Assembly (NCBI GenBank): GCA_964035545.1
Contig: OZ037766.1
Location: 32,292,773 to 32,356,772, forward strand
DNA: 64,000 bases
Direction: 5' to 3'
DNA from: Bugula neritina
Taxonomy: Eukaryota; Animalia; Bryozoa
The first letter of the stretch is position 1. Every line of letters begins with the position of its first letter. The notes beneath the pieces were generated by a model. The model was not told the origin of the DNA and did no database searches. It saw only the letters and a list, made by a program, of their open reading frames with translations. Below are positions 17,920 through 31,367 of the stretch, in pieces. The position numbers and the translations under genes are program-made.

Positions 17920-20900
17920 CTATGATTGTAAAGAAGTGCTGCCAAGGCCTTGCAGGAGCTGTTGGATGCTGACAACAGTGCCAGACACGAAACACAGCAC
18001 ACCAAACAGCATGATGACGATGTCTTTGGTGAACATTATCCAGTAATATTTCCGCTCTTTCCTGTCTGGCCAGAAGGTCATCATCTCCAGAAGAGGTGGG
18101 AATATTAGAGCTAATGCTGACGATGCAATTGACCCTATCAGAGATATGAGTAGGTTTAGGAACTCCCCGAATATTGCAGCCACCGCAACTGTTGAAAATA
18201 CAACAAAGATAAGATGCTACAGTGTTAGGTAATGAACAGTAAAGGTGATTAGTCTTGAGAAATTGTTTCTTGAAGTTGTCAAGAATTAATATTCGAAGTT
18301 GTAACTTACAAGTCATGATGGCAAGCAGAGCCCGTACGATGTAGTCAAAACAGTTTGGTCCAATGGCTTTGGCCGCACGACTCGTGGCAATTGTTGGCCC
18401 AAAGATATTCAGCGGCACGTAAAACTGCACGGCATATGTTACAAACACACTGATGCTAAACAGTATCTGCACAACAATGCCATACCTGAAAATAACCAAA
18501 CAACATTCTCAGTAAACTAGAAGATTTCATTTAGACATGTGCTGTACAGTTGTTTATGGTAATCATGCTAACCAGGAGGTTAGGTTCAGAGTTATGCTAT
18601 CTTGAATATTCTCTCCAAACTGAATGTAGCCAAAGAACCCTACAGTGATGTAGAGAACACAGATTATGGTCATCCCGAGGTTGAGAACTCCAAACGCAGA
18701 GGAGAAGGCTTGCGGCTCTCTCATTCTGTTCTCTATTGGAAGAATCTGCAACAATCTGCAGCAAGTACCAGTAACAACCTGCAGCAGGCACAAGTAGCAA
18801 TCTGCAGCAAGTACCAGTAACAACCTGCAGTAGGTACAAGTAGCAATCTGCAGTAGGTACAAGTAGCAATCTGCAGCAAGTGCCAGTAGCAATCTGCAGT
18901 AGGTACAAGTAACAATCTGCAGTTGGTACAAGTAACAACCTGCAGTTGGTACAAGTAGCAATCTGCAGCAAGTACCAGTAGCAATCTGCAGTAGGTACCA
19001 GTAACAATCTGCAGCAGGCACAAGTAGCAATCTGCAGTTGGTACAAGTATCAATCTGCAGCAAATACAAGTAGCAATCTGCAGCAGGTACAAGTAACAAC
19101 CTGCAGCAGGCACAAGTAGCAACCTGCAGTAGGTACAAGTAACAACCTGCAGCAGGCACAAGTAGCAATCTGCAGTAGGTACAAGTAACAACCTGCAGTA
19201 GGTACAAGTAGCAACCTGCAGCAAATACAAGTAACAACCTGCAGTTGGTACAAGTATCAATCTGCAGCAGATACAAGTAACAACCTGCAGTTGGTACAAG
19301 TATCAATCTGCAGCAAATACAAGTAACAATCTGCAGCAAGTACCAGTAACAATCTGCGGTAGGTACAAGTAGCAACCTGCAGCAAGTATCAGTAACAATC
19401 TGCAGCAGGTACAAGTAGCAATCTGCAGCAAATGAAAGTAACAAACACTAGCTGGGCTATTATCTTTCATTCATCTCACAAAACCCAGCACACTGTTCTC
19501 AAGTACTTCTTTATTGCTACAAAACATCTAATAGACTTACCAAACCTATTGACTCAAAGGAAAATATGGCTGTACCAAAGTATAGCGGGATTTCCGACCA
19601 GCTCTGTATCAAGGGTAGACGACTCACAGATTTGAGCTCTTCGTATATCAACACGTAGTAGAGTATAACTCCAAGACCAATAACTGACGCCATGTTGGCT
19701 ATTAGAGAAAATGGTGCTAAATGTTTCATATCTTTGATAAATATCAAAGGAATGAGAAGAGCCAGTGTGATAAGTTCATAGATCTGCAAGCTGATTGGGT
19801 AGTTTGGGCGATAGTCCGCCGAATCTGGAACATTCCCTATGCTTTTCTCCACAACCTGTTTAATAGCATACAAACAAGCTGTAAATGTTAACTTTAGTTA
19901 AATAAAAATTAATTCATAAATTTTTTATAGAATTAAATTAGAAGCTGATAGTCTGGGCTTATTTGCCTGAAAGTTGAAAGATAAAAACAAACTCAGCGTA
20001 TCACGTAACATTTTGATATTTTGTAGCAAATATTAGGATAAACAACAAATATTAATAAATATTTAAATGAAAACAATCGGATTATGTTGATGTGAAATTC
20101 TTTTTTTTCAAACTGTGTAAGTTTGATTCTTACCAGTTTGATATTTGTAGGAATGAAAATCATGTAAATGCAGCAGAAGCCAAATTGAGTCAAAACGATA
20201 AAGCAGTTCACCACAATCCTACAAAAACATGGACGCAGTCAAAACTTTCTGAATGATAGAGCCAAATATTGACAAAATGTATTTATTTTGGTGACCAACA
20301 GGGGGCAACGGGGAGATTAGCGGACACAGGGGGAGAGCTGTTATGTGATGGTAAACTGTATTTCATTAAAGCACCTAGCTGCACGAGGCATTTTAGAAGA
20401 TGGAGTTGTGATAGACTTGACAGCATTTGCAGTCACATCAGCATAATCCATGTGTTCACAGTTGTTCCTACAAGATAGTAGAAGAGAGAGTATATTTCTA
20501 ACCTTGACAAATTGCAACAAATGTATAACATATATACTACTAACTACTACACTATAATAATTCAACATCACTATAAATCATATAATATTGTGAATTTGTA
20601 GCAGTATAGTGCTACAACCTTGTGCTGTGTATAAGTGAGAGCTGTAAACGCAACTTAGAAGCCTCATAACTTCATCACATTAAAGAAGGGGAGGGTAGCA
20701 TGCTCACCCTTTCTCTATAGAGTCCAGAATCTAGATACTTATATAAAGTAGTTACAGGTTAATACAGCACAAAGTACACTCAACTGCAACAGCTTGCATG
20801 TATATATTGCTGTAATTAGCTGCATGAAATGTATTCTATGTGGCACAGATAGCATACATAGAAAGCTGCTGAATTCAGTTCATGTAGAAATTACATCTTG

Positions 20901-23367
20901 TCTTAAAGTGTAAGTTACATTTAGTTCTGTAATAATCTGGGAAAATTAATTTCTATCTCTATTAGAGTATATTTATATATATGAGTCATAAATCCACAAC
21001 ATAGACTATCTTCTAGCATTTCTTACTATAAGTTTTCATTTTTATGACTTCTATAGTATCAATCATAAATACATTATACATTATACAACATGGCAGAGGA
21101 GGGTCAACTTGTTGTACTAATGCTTTATGTATGTTTATCAAATGATATACTAACCAACTGCATTCAATATATTTTACACTGACATATTATTTATTCAGTT
21201 TGATTGGACTCAGTATGTATAAAGTTTTCTAATAAACTATACAAAAGAGTTTCTAGGCAACATTTAAACACGAGTGTGTTGTAGACTTCCTCCTATAGTA
21301 TGTGCAATTTGTAGTGTTGTGTTTACCCAGTGGCCTCCGTGGTGTAATGGTAGCACAGGTTCGATTCCCAGTGGGGCAATTATTTTTCACAATTCTATGT
21401 TGAGGTGAACAAATAGGAGACAGTTTGATTTTCAATATTCATAAAAATGTCTGAATTGCAGACCTCCTTCTGGTTATCACAACTTTTCGATAGAAACATG
21501 TTATGTTGTTCACTTATAGCTGCCCTTTACTCAAGGTTCACTTTACTGCTTATACTTTTCTCTAATTATATCCTATCTCTTACTATTCACTATTTCTTCT
21601 GGGGATATCTGAGGACACCTGAGCATACCCAAGGATACTCGGGGACCCCTTACGATGCATGAAGAAACCTGAAAATACTTGGAGACACTCAGAAACACCT
21701 GAGAGCACATGGAGACACCTGAGGACACCTGAGGGTATCTCAGGATAGCTGGAGTTACCTGAGGATATATGAAATCGCCAGCATTCTAAGTTTATTGCAA
21801 ACTGTTGAGGCATTGCATGGATTAGCCGTAATTTCAAAGAGTTCAATATTCCCTGTGACCTTGGCAGCTCCTACATTGACTCAGTCTTAACCCGTATTAG
21901 CGCAGCATCATATAAAACTTGTGTTTAGTGTATAAGCCTTATGACGGTACAGGGTGGCTGAACATATGCCCTCCCTGGAGCTTATGAATCAGCCTTACAC
22001 TCTGGGGCTTAGGCTATGCTAGAGCTGCACCACTAAGCCCACTATAGGCTGTACCACACAATTAGGTCGTTAGCTATGGTTTAAGTGTGAACCATGGGCT
22101 CAAGTTTATAAGCAAATAAGCAGGTTTTTCTACAAATTATAGAACATTGAATTAAACTGGTAGGAATAAGAACTTACTTTCTACAGAGATAGTGAGAACA
22201 TTTCACTAGAATGTGCATACAGTGTACACAGATAACTCCAAGTACAGCCAACATCACCGTACCAAACTGAAATGCAAAGCAGGAAACACCCAAATCAATA
22301 TGGAAGTGTCATGCTTTGTTAACAAAAAACTTCAATATATTACTGTGAATTAATTTTGATTAGATATTTAATTTTGACAGCTCAATTTATCCTATCAAGT
22401 TTAGGCTGTACTTTTCTTTTGCATAGCGGTACATTGAAAGCTTTATTATATGTAGCATATATTTTTCATTAGAATTTAAAAAGCTCAACACTAAAAAGCA
22501 TCAAATTGACAATGCATTGAGTTGGGTGTCATCCAGATAGACGCTTCCCAGTTAGAATTTATTTATCTATTTTAGTACAAGTTATAACCCAGTTGAGAAG
22601 TTTAATGCGTCACCAAGCTGAAGGCAAAACCTAGATCTAATCTACTTACTAATCAAGTAGTACTGAATGATTATTAACTTCACTCAGATTATAAACTTAA
22701 AGACACTCACTAGAATACCAGCATGTGAGAATGCTATAGGCAGAGATAATATCCCTGGACCAATGTTGCCTTTGAGAACATTCATAATAGTTCCGAAATT
22801 TCTGAAACAAAAGAGTATAAATTATATGTTACAGTTGTTTAATTGGATAAGACAGTTTATTTCAAAATTAATTTCAGTTTTAGTTCAAAATTCTAGCATT
22901 TCACCAAAATTTGAATTTTAAAAGATCGATTTGAATTTTTAAGGTAGAGACCAAAAAATTAGAAAAGAAGTTTTTGAGACAGAGTTCCTTTGGACTAAAC
23001 AAAATAGAGTAAGAGAAGATACTTACATAATTATATGATATAACTACAATCTAACAGTTACTTAAGCATATCATTCAAAGAATATAACTCCAAACTTAAA
23101 GCAATCATGCAAGAGTATTTCGACTTTGTACATGAAAGAGTTAGTTCAAATGTCAAGTATCTTTGACATTTATTTTTGTGCTGAATATTTTGAGACTGCA
23201 CTAATTGTAACTTACGAGATTCCGTCTTCTCTAACTCTGATATCCGTCTGCTTTGCCTTCTCAACAATTCCATTTTTTGTTTGATAAACAGAAATACGCC
23301 CTTTACCCAGCAGTGTTTCCTTTTCTGAACAACCGTTCTCTAACTTTTCTGCTTCTGAACCGTCCAT
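17920..23367 (-). CDS. SLC36A: SLC36/PAT-family transporter, paralog 4 (9 coding exons, ~480 aa; divergent TM1/TM6 motifs)
   Basis: Exons 23367-23216, 22801-22711, 22266-22178, 20467-20375, 20218-20134, 19855-19541, 18745-18573, 18485-18310, 18188-17920 (1443 nt). Motifs [39 protein letters not shown]. Confidence 0.9.
18753..19432. repeat. 23-bp minisatellite (~30 copies, AGTAGCAATCTGCAGCAGGTACA) in intron 6 of paralog 4
   Basis: Visible directly; it produces the Cys/Leu-rich overlapping ORFs. Confidence 0.95.
21312..21380 (+). repeat. Second, internally deleted copy of the tRNA-like element
   Basis: tagtgttgtgtttacccagtggcctccgtggtgtaatggtagcacaggttcgattcccagtggggcaatt keeps the A and B boxes, lacks the anticodon arm and shares the 5' flank of the 8718-8810 copy. 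Confidence 0.6.
21605..21765. repeat. Degenerate ~10-bp repeat (CACCTGAGGA-like)
   Basis: Visible directly. Confidence 0.75.
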
Positions 23368-24427
23368 TTCCTCTGCATGGTTTGAGTTACAAACTCAAGT
23401 TTTAGAATATAAGAATTCCAACTAATGGAAAATTTCCCATTAACACTGCACGTGTATGGAACTATTGACATTGCGTATATTTAAAAGCCTACCATTATAT
23501 TTGTGCTCTACTATGATTGGTCAGACTATCATTTGCAAGGAGTTATCCCCCTGTTGCTAGAATATTATGCATGCTAAACCAGTTCTAAGGTAGACTGCAA
23601 TTTGTTCATGTAGAGGCCAAATCAGTCCCATGCATAGTGGTAAGCATATGTGTTTCATATATTTCTTATATACAAAGTCAATTTCTATCATACAATGCAT
23701 TGCATTATAATATTATATTACAATATTATACTACTTTGAAATATGTCTTGAAGAATGTATGTTGTTGTTGTATGTATGTTGCTATGTATAAAGGTGATTA
23801 AAGTACAGCTAAAGGTTGGCAATGTGTTACAAATTAGTTATTCATAGCTTGACATCTTGTGCTTGCATAATTTGCTCATTTATTACTTTGCTGTAACTTT
23901 GTCTGACTGTAAATTATATACAAACTGTGGTATATTGGCACATGGCCCTATATAATATATAATATTCACAGTCCCTGTTGCATAGCTATAGTATCAAAGT
24001 GTGTGTGGTACTTTACTATTTCTTGATGCTCCGAAAATTTAACACTTTTAGTGCAAAGAAGTTTTAGTAGTATCTAATTTTCTAATTGTTGGTTTATTGT
24101 TTAAAAAACACTAAAAAATACATTCATATTTTCTTAAAAGAAAATCAACCAATGCTAAAAATGTATTTCTAAAATAAATTAAATCATAATAATACTATAT
24201 ATTGTACATCAAAGTACAATCAGCCATACAATGTTTGTTAGATAAGATTATTCTAACATTTGCAGCTGAATGTTTTTATGCCTTGCACTATACTACTACC
24301 TGTAGTTAAATTTACCTGTACTGCTATGCTTATTTGTAGAATAATGATTCATCTCATTATAATGGTAGTGAACAGTAGCAGTAAGTGTACAGAGTAGAGC
24401 TAGAGTTGTGTTCGTCTGCTGAAAAGC

Positions 24428-27400
24428 ATGTCGTCTGCAAGTGCAGAAGACAGTTTAGTTCTGAGTGATGTAAGCAACTCTGAAGAAAAAGAAGCACTAC
24501 TTAAGGACTCAACGCCAGAGTATGGGACTCAAAGAGACTCAGAGCTAAAGCCTTTTCCTTCGAGGACAAATGGAGTCTCGTGAGTTTTAAATTATGTTGT
24601 TTTTTTGTCGATTTATTTATTATAACGGCTATCAAATGAGTGCTCCAATTAAGGGTTTCATTTAATAATTAGAAATTTAAAACAATCATGCTGTTGGTAA
24701 TTGAATGCACAATCAAAAGTTTTAAGCTTTTTCCCTTTTTAAAGCAGAATAAATTAGAATACAGATCGAATATTCATTCATATTAATTCAAAAATAACAT
24801 AAATGTAGTAACTTGTGTGTTGTGCGTGAACAAAAACAAAACAGGTTGTTGCAAAAAATTTGAACAAGTGACTAATTATTGGTGCTGATGCTAACTTGTT
24901 GAGAAGGAAATGTATTGACTGTAGTGTCTATAAATAAAGCATGTTGGAGAAAACTTGAATCAAGCGAGTTAGAAAAACTATACATAAACATTAACAAAGC
25001 CACCTAAGTGATGGCTGCTATAATAGTTATAATGACTTTGGCTTCGACTTTTGACATTTCATGGAAGCTTTTGATCGGCTATTGTTGAATGCACTGGTTT
25101 AGTATAGTAAAGATAAAAGTCTAGAAGGCCCTGAGAAAGATAGTGGGGGGGGGGGTGCTTTATACCCCTGCATACTTCTGATTTTGACCACTGCTGCACT
25201 GTTGAACCTTTTTGCATTTAGTTATTTCTAATTATCATTTTCTGAACAGTAAAATTGTGTGTAAACTGTATATATGTTAACTTTTAATAGAGATTTTTAA
25301 CTTCTTGAATTATAAAAGCTACAGGATAAATAATTATTTTCTCGTTAGCAGTCATTTAAAGTGAGTTGAAACTTAGCAACTTTCAGCTTTGTACATATTA
25401 ATGCATATGTCAGTGCGTTTCTTGTAGGAATTTTGGTACTATAATGCACATAATAAACGCTAATGTATCCACTGGTATACTGGCCATGCCTGTAGCATTC
25501 TCACATGCTGGTATTTTGGTGAGTGTTAATAATAGCTTTATATAACTTATATCTAACTGTTCTACAACTATATAAGTCAAAAGATAACTTGTCAAACGTC
25601 CTGTAGTTGTAACTTATTCTGAATTGGGATGCATTTCTTAGAATATAATCCATTGTTGTTGCATTATATTATATTACAAAACTTAGACCATTATATGAAC
25701 ATAAACATTGTAGGCAATTTTTGCTACTTATGAATGTACATTATATATAGTACCGCAATAAATTAGGATACATTCTATAGGATTCATAAATATACCATGT
25801 AATCTATAAGACCCTATAGAGCAGTTGAGTGAATATGTAGTAACAGTTTTGAGACAGTATTAATAGACATGTTCAACATGGCTGGTTTAAGAATTTATTG
25901 TTGTATACTCAGTGATCAGGGTTGTACTGACTCTGAATTAATTTGAAATTGCATGTTAGCTTTTACTGAATATTATGCAGCGTTACTCTATTGATTGGTT
26001 TGTGAGTTTTATTATTGTTTCAGTTTGGTACAGTGGTGCTGGCTATGCTGGCAGTTCTCTGTGTACATTGTATGCACATTCTAGTGAAATCATCTCACTA
26101 CCTCTGTAGAAAGTAAGTGTTTACTATTTCTCTCTCTCTCTCCCTCTCTCCCTCTCTCCCTCTCTCCCTCTCTCCCTCTCTCCCTCTCTCCCTCTCTCCC
26201 TCTCCCCCTCTCCCCCTCTCCCCCTCTCCCCCTCTCCCCCTCTCCCCCTCTCCCCCTCTCCCCCTCTCCCCCTCTCCCCCTCTCCCCCTCTCCCCCTCTC
26301 CCCCTCTCCCTCTCTCCCTCTCTCCCTCTCTCCCTCTCTCCCTCTCTCCCTCTCTCCCTCTCTCCCTCTCTCCCTCTCTCCCTCTCTCCCTCTCTCCCTC
26401 TCTCCCTCTCTCCCTCTCTCCCTCTCCCTCTCTCCCTCTCTCCCTCTCTCCCTCTCTCCCTCTCTCCCTCTCTCCCTCTCTCCCTCTCTCCCTCTCTCCC
26501 TCTCTCCCTCTCTCCCTCTCTCCCTCTCTCCCTCTCTCCCTCTCTCCCTCTCTCCCTCTCTCCCTCTCTCCCTCTCTCCCTCTCTCCCTCTCTCCCTCTC
26601 TCCCTCTCTCCCTCTCTCCCTCTCTCCCTCTCTCCCTCTCTCCCTCTCTCCCTCTCCAATCTAAAGGCTTGTATATACCCTTTAGCTAAGAGAGAAAGTT
26701 AAAATTTTGGTTCAATTAAAATTGAATTCCCTTTCTATCACCAAGTACAGTTAAAATATACAATCTGAGCTATTTACTTTCTTCTAGAGCCAACAAAGAC
26801 CATTTAGACTATGCCGATGCTGCAGAGACAGCTGTTAAGTTTCTACCCTCATCTACTCCTAAGTTGTGTAAAGCTGCAAAGTAAGTACTATAGCAGCCAA
26901 TCTACTTTTTTTAGTAATGGTTGCCGGGGATAGGGTGATATGCCCCCTTTCAAACTTATAGTTGTGGGAAAAATACATCATTGTACATAAACCTTCCTCT
27001 AAAAGGTTACACACAGCTACGTTAATTGGCTTCTTAGGTGCTGTTTTCCAATTAGTATTGTATAAACTCTATTGAATTGCAACTGGTTTGAATTTTTCAT
27101 CTTTTGAAACACCTATCTACAAAACGCTGAGAAAAAACTAAAAATGGTATTAGTGTACATTTTATTGAGGGTAACTTTTATCTTTATTAGTGGTTATATA
27201 CTGAAGAATAAAAATATAGTTATATTTTTAAGAATGCAGATCTTTGTAACTATAGAAAAATATTTATGAAGCTTCTACAATGAATGGTTTATTATTATTA
27301 TTACTTATTTCTACAGATATACCGTGAATTCCTTCCTAATACTCATACAGTTTGGGTACTGCTGTGTTTATGTACTCTTTATAGCAAAGAACGCTCAGCT

Positions 27401-29740
27401 GGTGAGTCATAACCCATCAATTATACTCTTTGGTAGTGCTCCGTGCAGCACCCTATACGTATCTTTAAGCTCTTTAGTAGTGCTTGTTACAGCACTCTGT
27501 GCATTATTTAAATACTGTTATAGGTAGTGTTTGTACCAGTTTTCATGCTTATAAGCATTATATCATAATAATTCTAATGGGTAAATTTGTTCTAAAGATA
27601 TTGCTTTCGCAATACCAATCTCATAGTAATAGCATGTATGCAGCAGCAAATATTTGATATAGTATGTTTATATTTCCAATCATGTAATTATTATAACTTG
27701 GAATTTTGGAATTGTGTCCTTACAGTTATAATTGTATAAGTTTATTCTCATGGTGATGTTTTACTCTTAAAACCTTGTATAGATGGTACTAGTCTTCCCG
27801 CATTAAAGCAGAGTAAATGCACATATGGCAGCCACTTTACTAACCTTTGTAGTACGACTTGTATTAACTCGTACTATAACAATGTTGTAGATTGTGAATC
27901 AGTATAGTGGAAATAGTTTGGAGTCGTCTACACAAACTTACTCTATGAATATTCAGCAGTATGAAGTGATAGTAGCAGTATTTCTAATTCCTCTAGTGTT
28001 TATAAGAGACATGAAAATTCTGGCCCCCTTCTCCATGTTGGCCAACCTAACGTCTATAGTTGGACTCATCATTATTCTCTATTACATACTAGTGGCTGAA
28101 ACACTACAGCCTGTAAGTCGTTTGCCCTTGATCAAGAGTTGGGCGGAAATTCCATTATATCTCTCAACGGCCATTTATGCTTTCGAGGGCATAGGCGTGG
28201 TAAGCATTTGCTAGAAGATATTTTAGTATATTTAGTAAATCAGAAATTACAGGAATATTTTTATACATTGTGGAAGCTTTCTTTTACAATTGTCCCAGTT
28301 TAGCACCTGCATCTCAAATAGAAGTAATATAGTACCATTATCAAATGCACAATTCATCACACACATGTTTATGAATTCTGATACTGCTGTTTATAAAGTC
28401 ATATATTTTGTTATTTGTACATTAAATATTGGATTTTTCCAGCGTATAGCCATGTATCCAATTCATAACATATAATATAGTTTTTATTCTACACATACAT
28501 ATAATTATGTATTCAATGCATAATATATATGTATAGCCTCTGTTCTAGTTATTGCCAGTTGAGAATAAGATGAGGGAACCTCAAGCTATGCCCTCCATGT
28601 TTGGGGTACTCAATGTTGGTATGACTGTAGTCTGTGTTCTCTACATCACAGTAGGGTTCTATGGCTATATTGAGTTTGGAGATAACAGTCAAGATAGCAT
28701 AACTCTTAATCTAACATCGTGGTGAGTAGCACAGTATTGAGTCGGAATTTCCGCTCAAATGATGAGTAGTAGTAGGAATAGTATGAATATATTATGTATA
28801 ATGCTATGATTTTTATTCGACAACATACTGAAAAGATATAATATGATTCTCAATGCCCACACCCATCAAGTTCTAACCGTTGTGATGTTACTGTAGGTAC
28901 GGCACCGCAGTGCAGGTTCTGTTTAGCATATGTATCTACATATCATATGCAATACAGTTCTACGTGCCTCTAAACGTCCTTGGACCAGTCATAGCAGCTA
29001 GTCGTCCGGCAGAAATCATTGGACCAAATCTATTTGATTACATAACTAGAGCCACACTAGTCCTAATCACAGGTACATCTACAGTCTACATTATAAAGAA
29101 ACATTTTACCTGCTGAACTTCATTACAAAATATGACACACTAATAGTACCAAGTATAGTAATTTTAATTGTCTTAAATTAGAAAAAAAATGTAATTAATG
29201 ATTTTGTTGATTAAAAAGCTCTAGCTTTGCATTACAGAATAAGTTGCTTCATTGCCTTATAATATTATACACAAAGATTCCTGCTACGTATGCTATGATA
29301 TGTAGTGTCTCAAGTAGTCATTATTAGTTAGCACAATCAACTGCAGTGAGCTAGGAATTGACGTTTTTCAAGCACATATTATATTACTTTTTCATGCTAG
29401 AAAACTATATTTCGTATGTCACAGTTAAAGTTTGACCATTGACTACGCAGTCAGAAGTTTGTTGATGACTCTTGTAGTTGGAATAGCCGCCATTGTGGAC
29501 GAGTACCTGAATCTGTTAATAGCTCTGGTTGGTTCAGTCGCATCTGCGGCTCTAACTCTCATATTTCCTGCCGTCTTAGAAATCCTCACCTTCTGGCCAG
29601 AAAGAAAGAGCATCAGACACTTCTGGATAATGTGCAGTAAAGACATTTGTATTTTTGTGTTTGGTATTCTATGCTTTCTATTCGGCACAGTAACAGCTAT
29701 GCAAAACCTTATTCAAGAGCTCAGTACAACAGTTATATAG
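24428..29740 (+). CDS. SLC36A: SLC36/PAT-family transporter, paralog 5 (9 coding exons, ~476 aa; divergent TM1 motif)
   Basis: Exons 24428-24579, 25428-25518, 26024-26112, 26788-26880, 27317-27401, 27891-28199, 28549-28721, 28897-29072, 29478-29740 (1431 nt). Motifs [31 protein letters not shown]. Confidence 0.91.
26128..26658. repeat. Polypyrimidine (CTCTCTCC)n/(CTCTCCCC)n tract, ~530 bp, in intron 3 of paralog 5
   Basis: Visible directly. Confidence 0.97.
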
Positions 29741-29744
29741 TCAC

Positions 29745-29905
29745 AGGTGCTACTAGCAATGGCAACAGGTGTTGTGGTAGCAGTTGCTATGGTAACAGTC
29801 ACAATGGTAACAAGTGCTATAGCAACAGATGTTATGGCAACAAGTGTAATGGCAACAACTGCTATGGCAACAGGAGCTGTAGCAACAGTTGCTATGGCAA
29901 CAAGT
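29745..29905. repeat. 15-bp degenerate repeat (GCTATGGCAACAGGT-like) containing two full RFX X-box matches
   Basis: GTTGCTATGGTAAC at 29783-29796 and GTTGCTATGGCAAC at 29888-29901; a partial copy lies at ~35268-35330. Confidence 0.8.
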
Positions 29906-30229
29906 GTTGCGCTAACAACTCTGCAAGCAATACTGTAACAAAAAAGTAATTTTGTTAAATTATCTTTTTTTACCGTTTTTCAGTAATTATTTATTGGTTA
30001 GGATACCATTAAACAGTGATATACAATTCTCAAAAGAACACTCAATAGTTCAAAACATTATTTATATAAAATTAATTTTTGTGTGCATAAAATAGTAATA
30101 TAATTTTTTTTAATAAATACAATTCTCTGTCTTTTGATATTTTGAAATTTTAGAATATATACATGCTGCACTAGACATTGTGTTCTTCTTTGTACCATTA
30201 GCCTGCTGCAATGAATAATCTAATTTCTC

Positions 30230-30392
<163 letters not shown>

Positions 30393-31367
30393 TCTATCAC
30401 TAACATGATATATGTTGTGAAAAAAAATTCTTCTTTCATGATGATCACAGTGACCACATTGTAGAACATCTGGTGTTAATATCCAGAGGACATGCTTGCT
30501 GTTGCTGTTTGTACTACTATTGCTTACATTTATTGCATGATTAGCACCTTTTTCGGTTGGCAATCTCTAAACAATGGTTTTATTGGCAGAGTGTTGGGGT
30601 TGGATGAACTTGTATAACAATGTTTGAACACCATAGGTCAATATCTAGTGCATATATCTAGCTTCAACAGCATGCAGTGTACACATACCTGTTTCATGCA
30701 AGTCATAGTCAAGATGTTAGAGTAAAAGGTGTTTGAGAAGTCACACAGCTTTTTAATGATCTATAAACTAATTTCTCAGAAAGAGGAATTTTCATTTGTA
30801 AGTTAATATTTTAAATCAATTTGATAAGTGTTGGCTGTTTTAGATTAATATGCTAGCAACATTTTACATATGTTAGTGTTACTACATAGTACTACATATT
30901 AATACATATTAGGGCATATCATAGTACATGTTAGTACATAATTTAGAACATGTTATACATAATTTAGTACTACAAGTATAATATACTTTAATTAATCATC
31001 CCTTAATTATTATTCTCTATGCAAGTTAAAATCTGTCTGCAACGGTATCTGTTTAATTCTACTCAAGCAATTCCTTTGTTACAATAGTCATCAATTAGTA
31101 TGCTGACAAGATGATTATGCATAATCATAGTACTGGTATCAACATGCATGGGTTTTTATCTTAATTTATGTTATGAGAACACTGGACTTGTTAGTTATCA
31201 GCATTCCTTTATCATAGGACAGTTGGCTTATTTAGTTTACAATTAGTACTACTAGTACCTCACACTGAATATATCTTACATGTTAATCAAGTCACAGCTC
31301 TAATATATATCTTACAATTTATTCAAGTTACCCAAGTTACAGCTCTCTAGAGAGAAGGTGACATAAC

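Noticed and set aside
18563-19444. 293-aa Cys/Leu-rich ORF and overlapping ORFs
   Set aside because: A 23-bp intronic repeat read into exon 7; only 18573-18745 is coding, as shown by the conserved 173-nt exon size.
26090-26689. ERGREG / SLSPSLP ORFs
   Set aside because: Translations of a CT-rich simple repeat in an intron.
29741-29938. In-frame 65-codon hydrophobic extension after the paralog 5 TAG (possible stop read-through), and the overlapping Cys/Asn/Gly-rich 100-aa ORF
   Set aside because: The openness is explained by the 15-bp repeat. The TAG-TCA context is not a known read-through motif, and the other paralogs end at a similar position.
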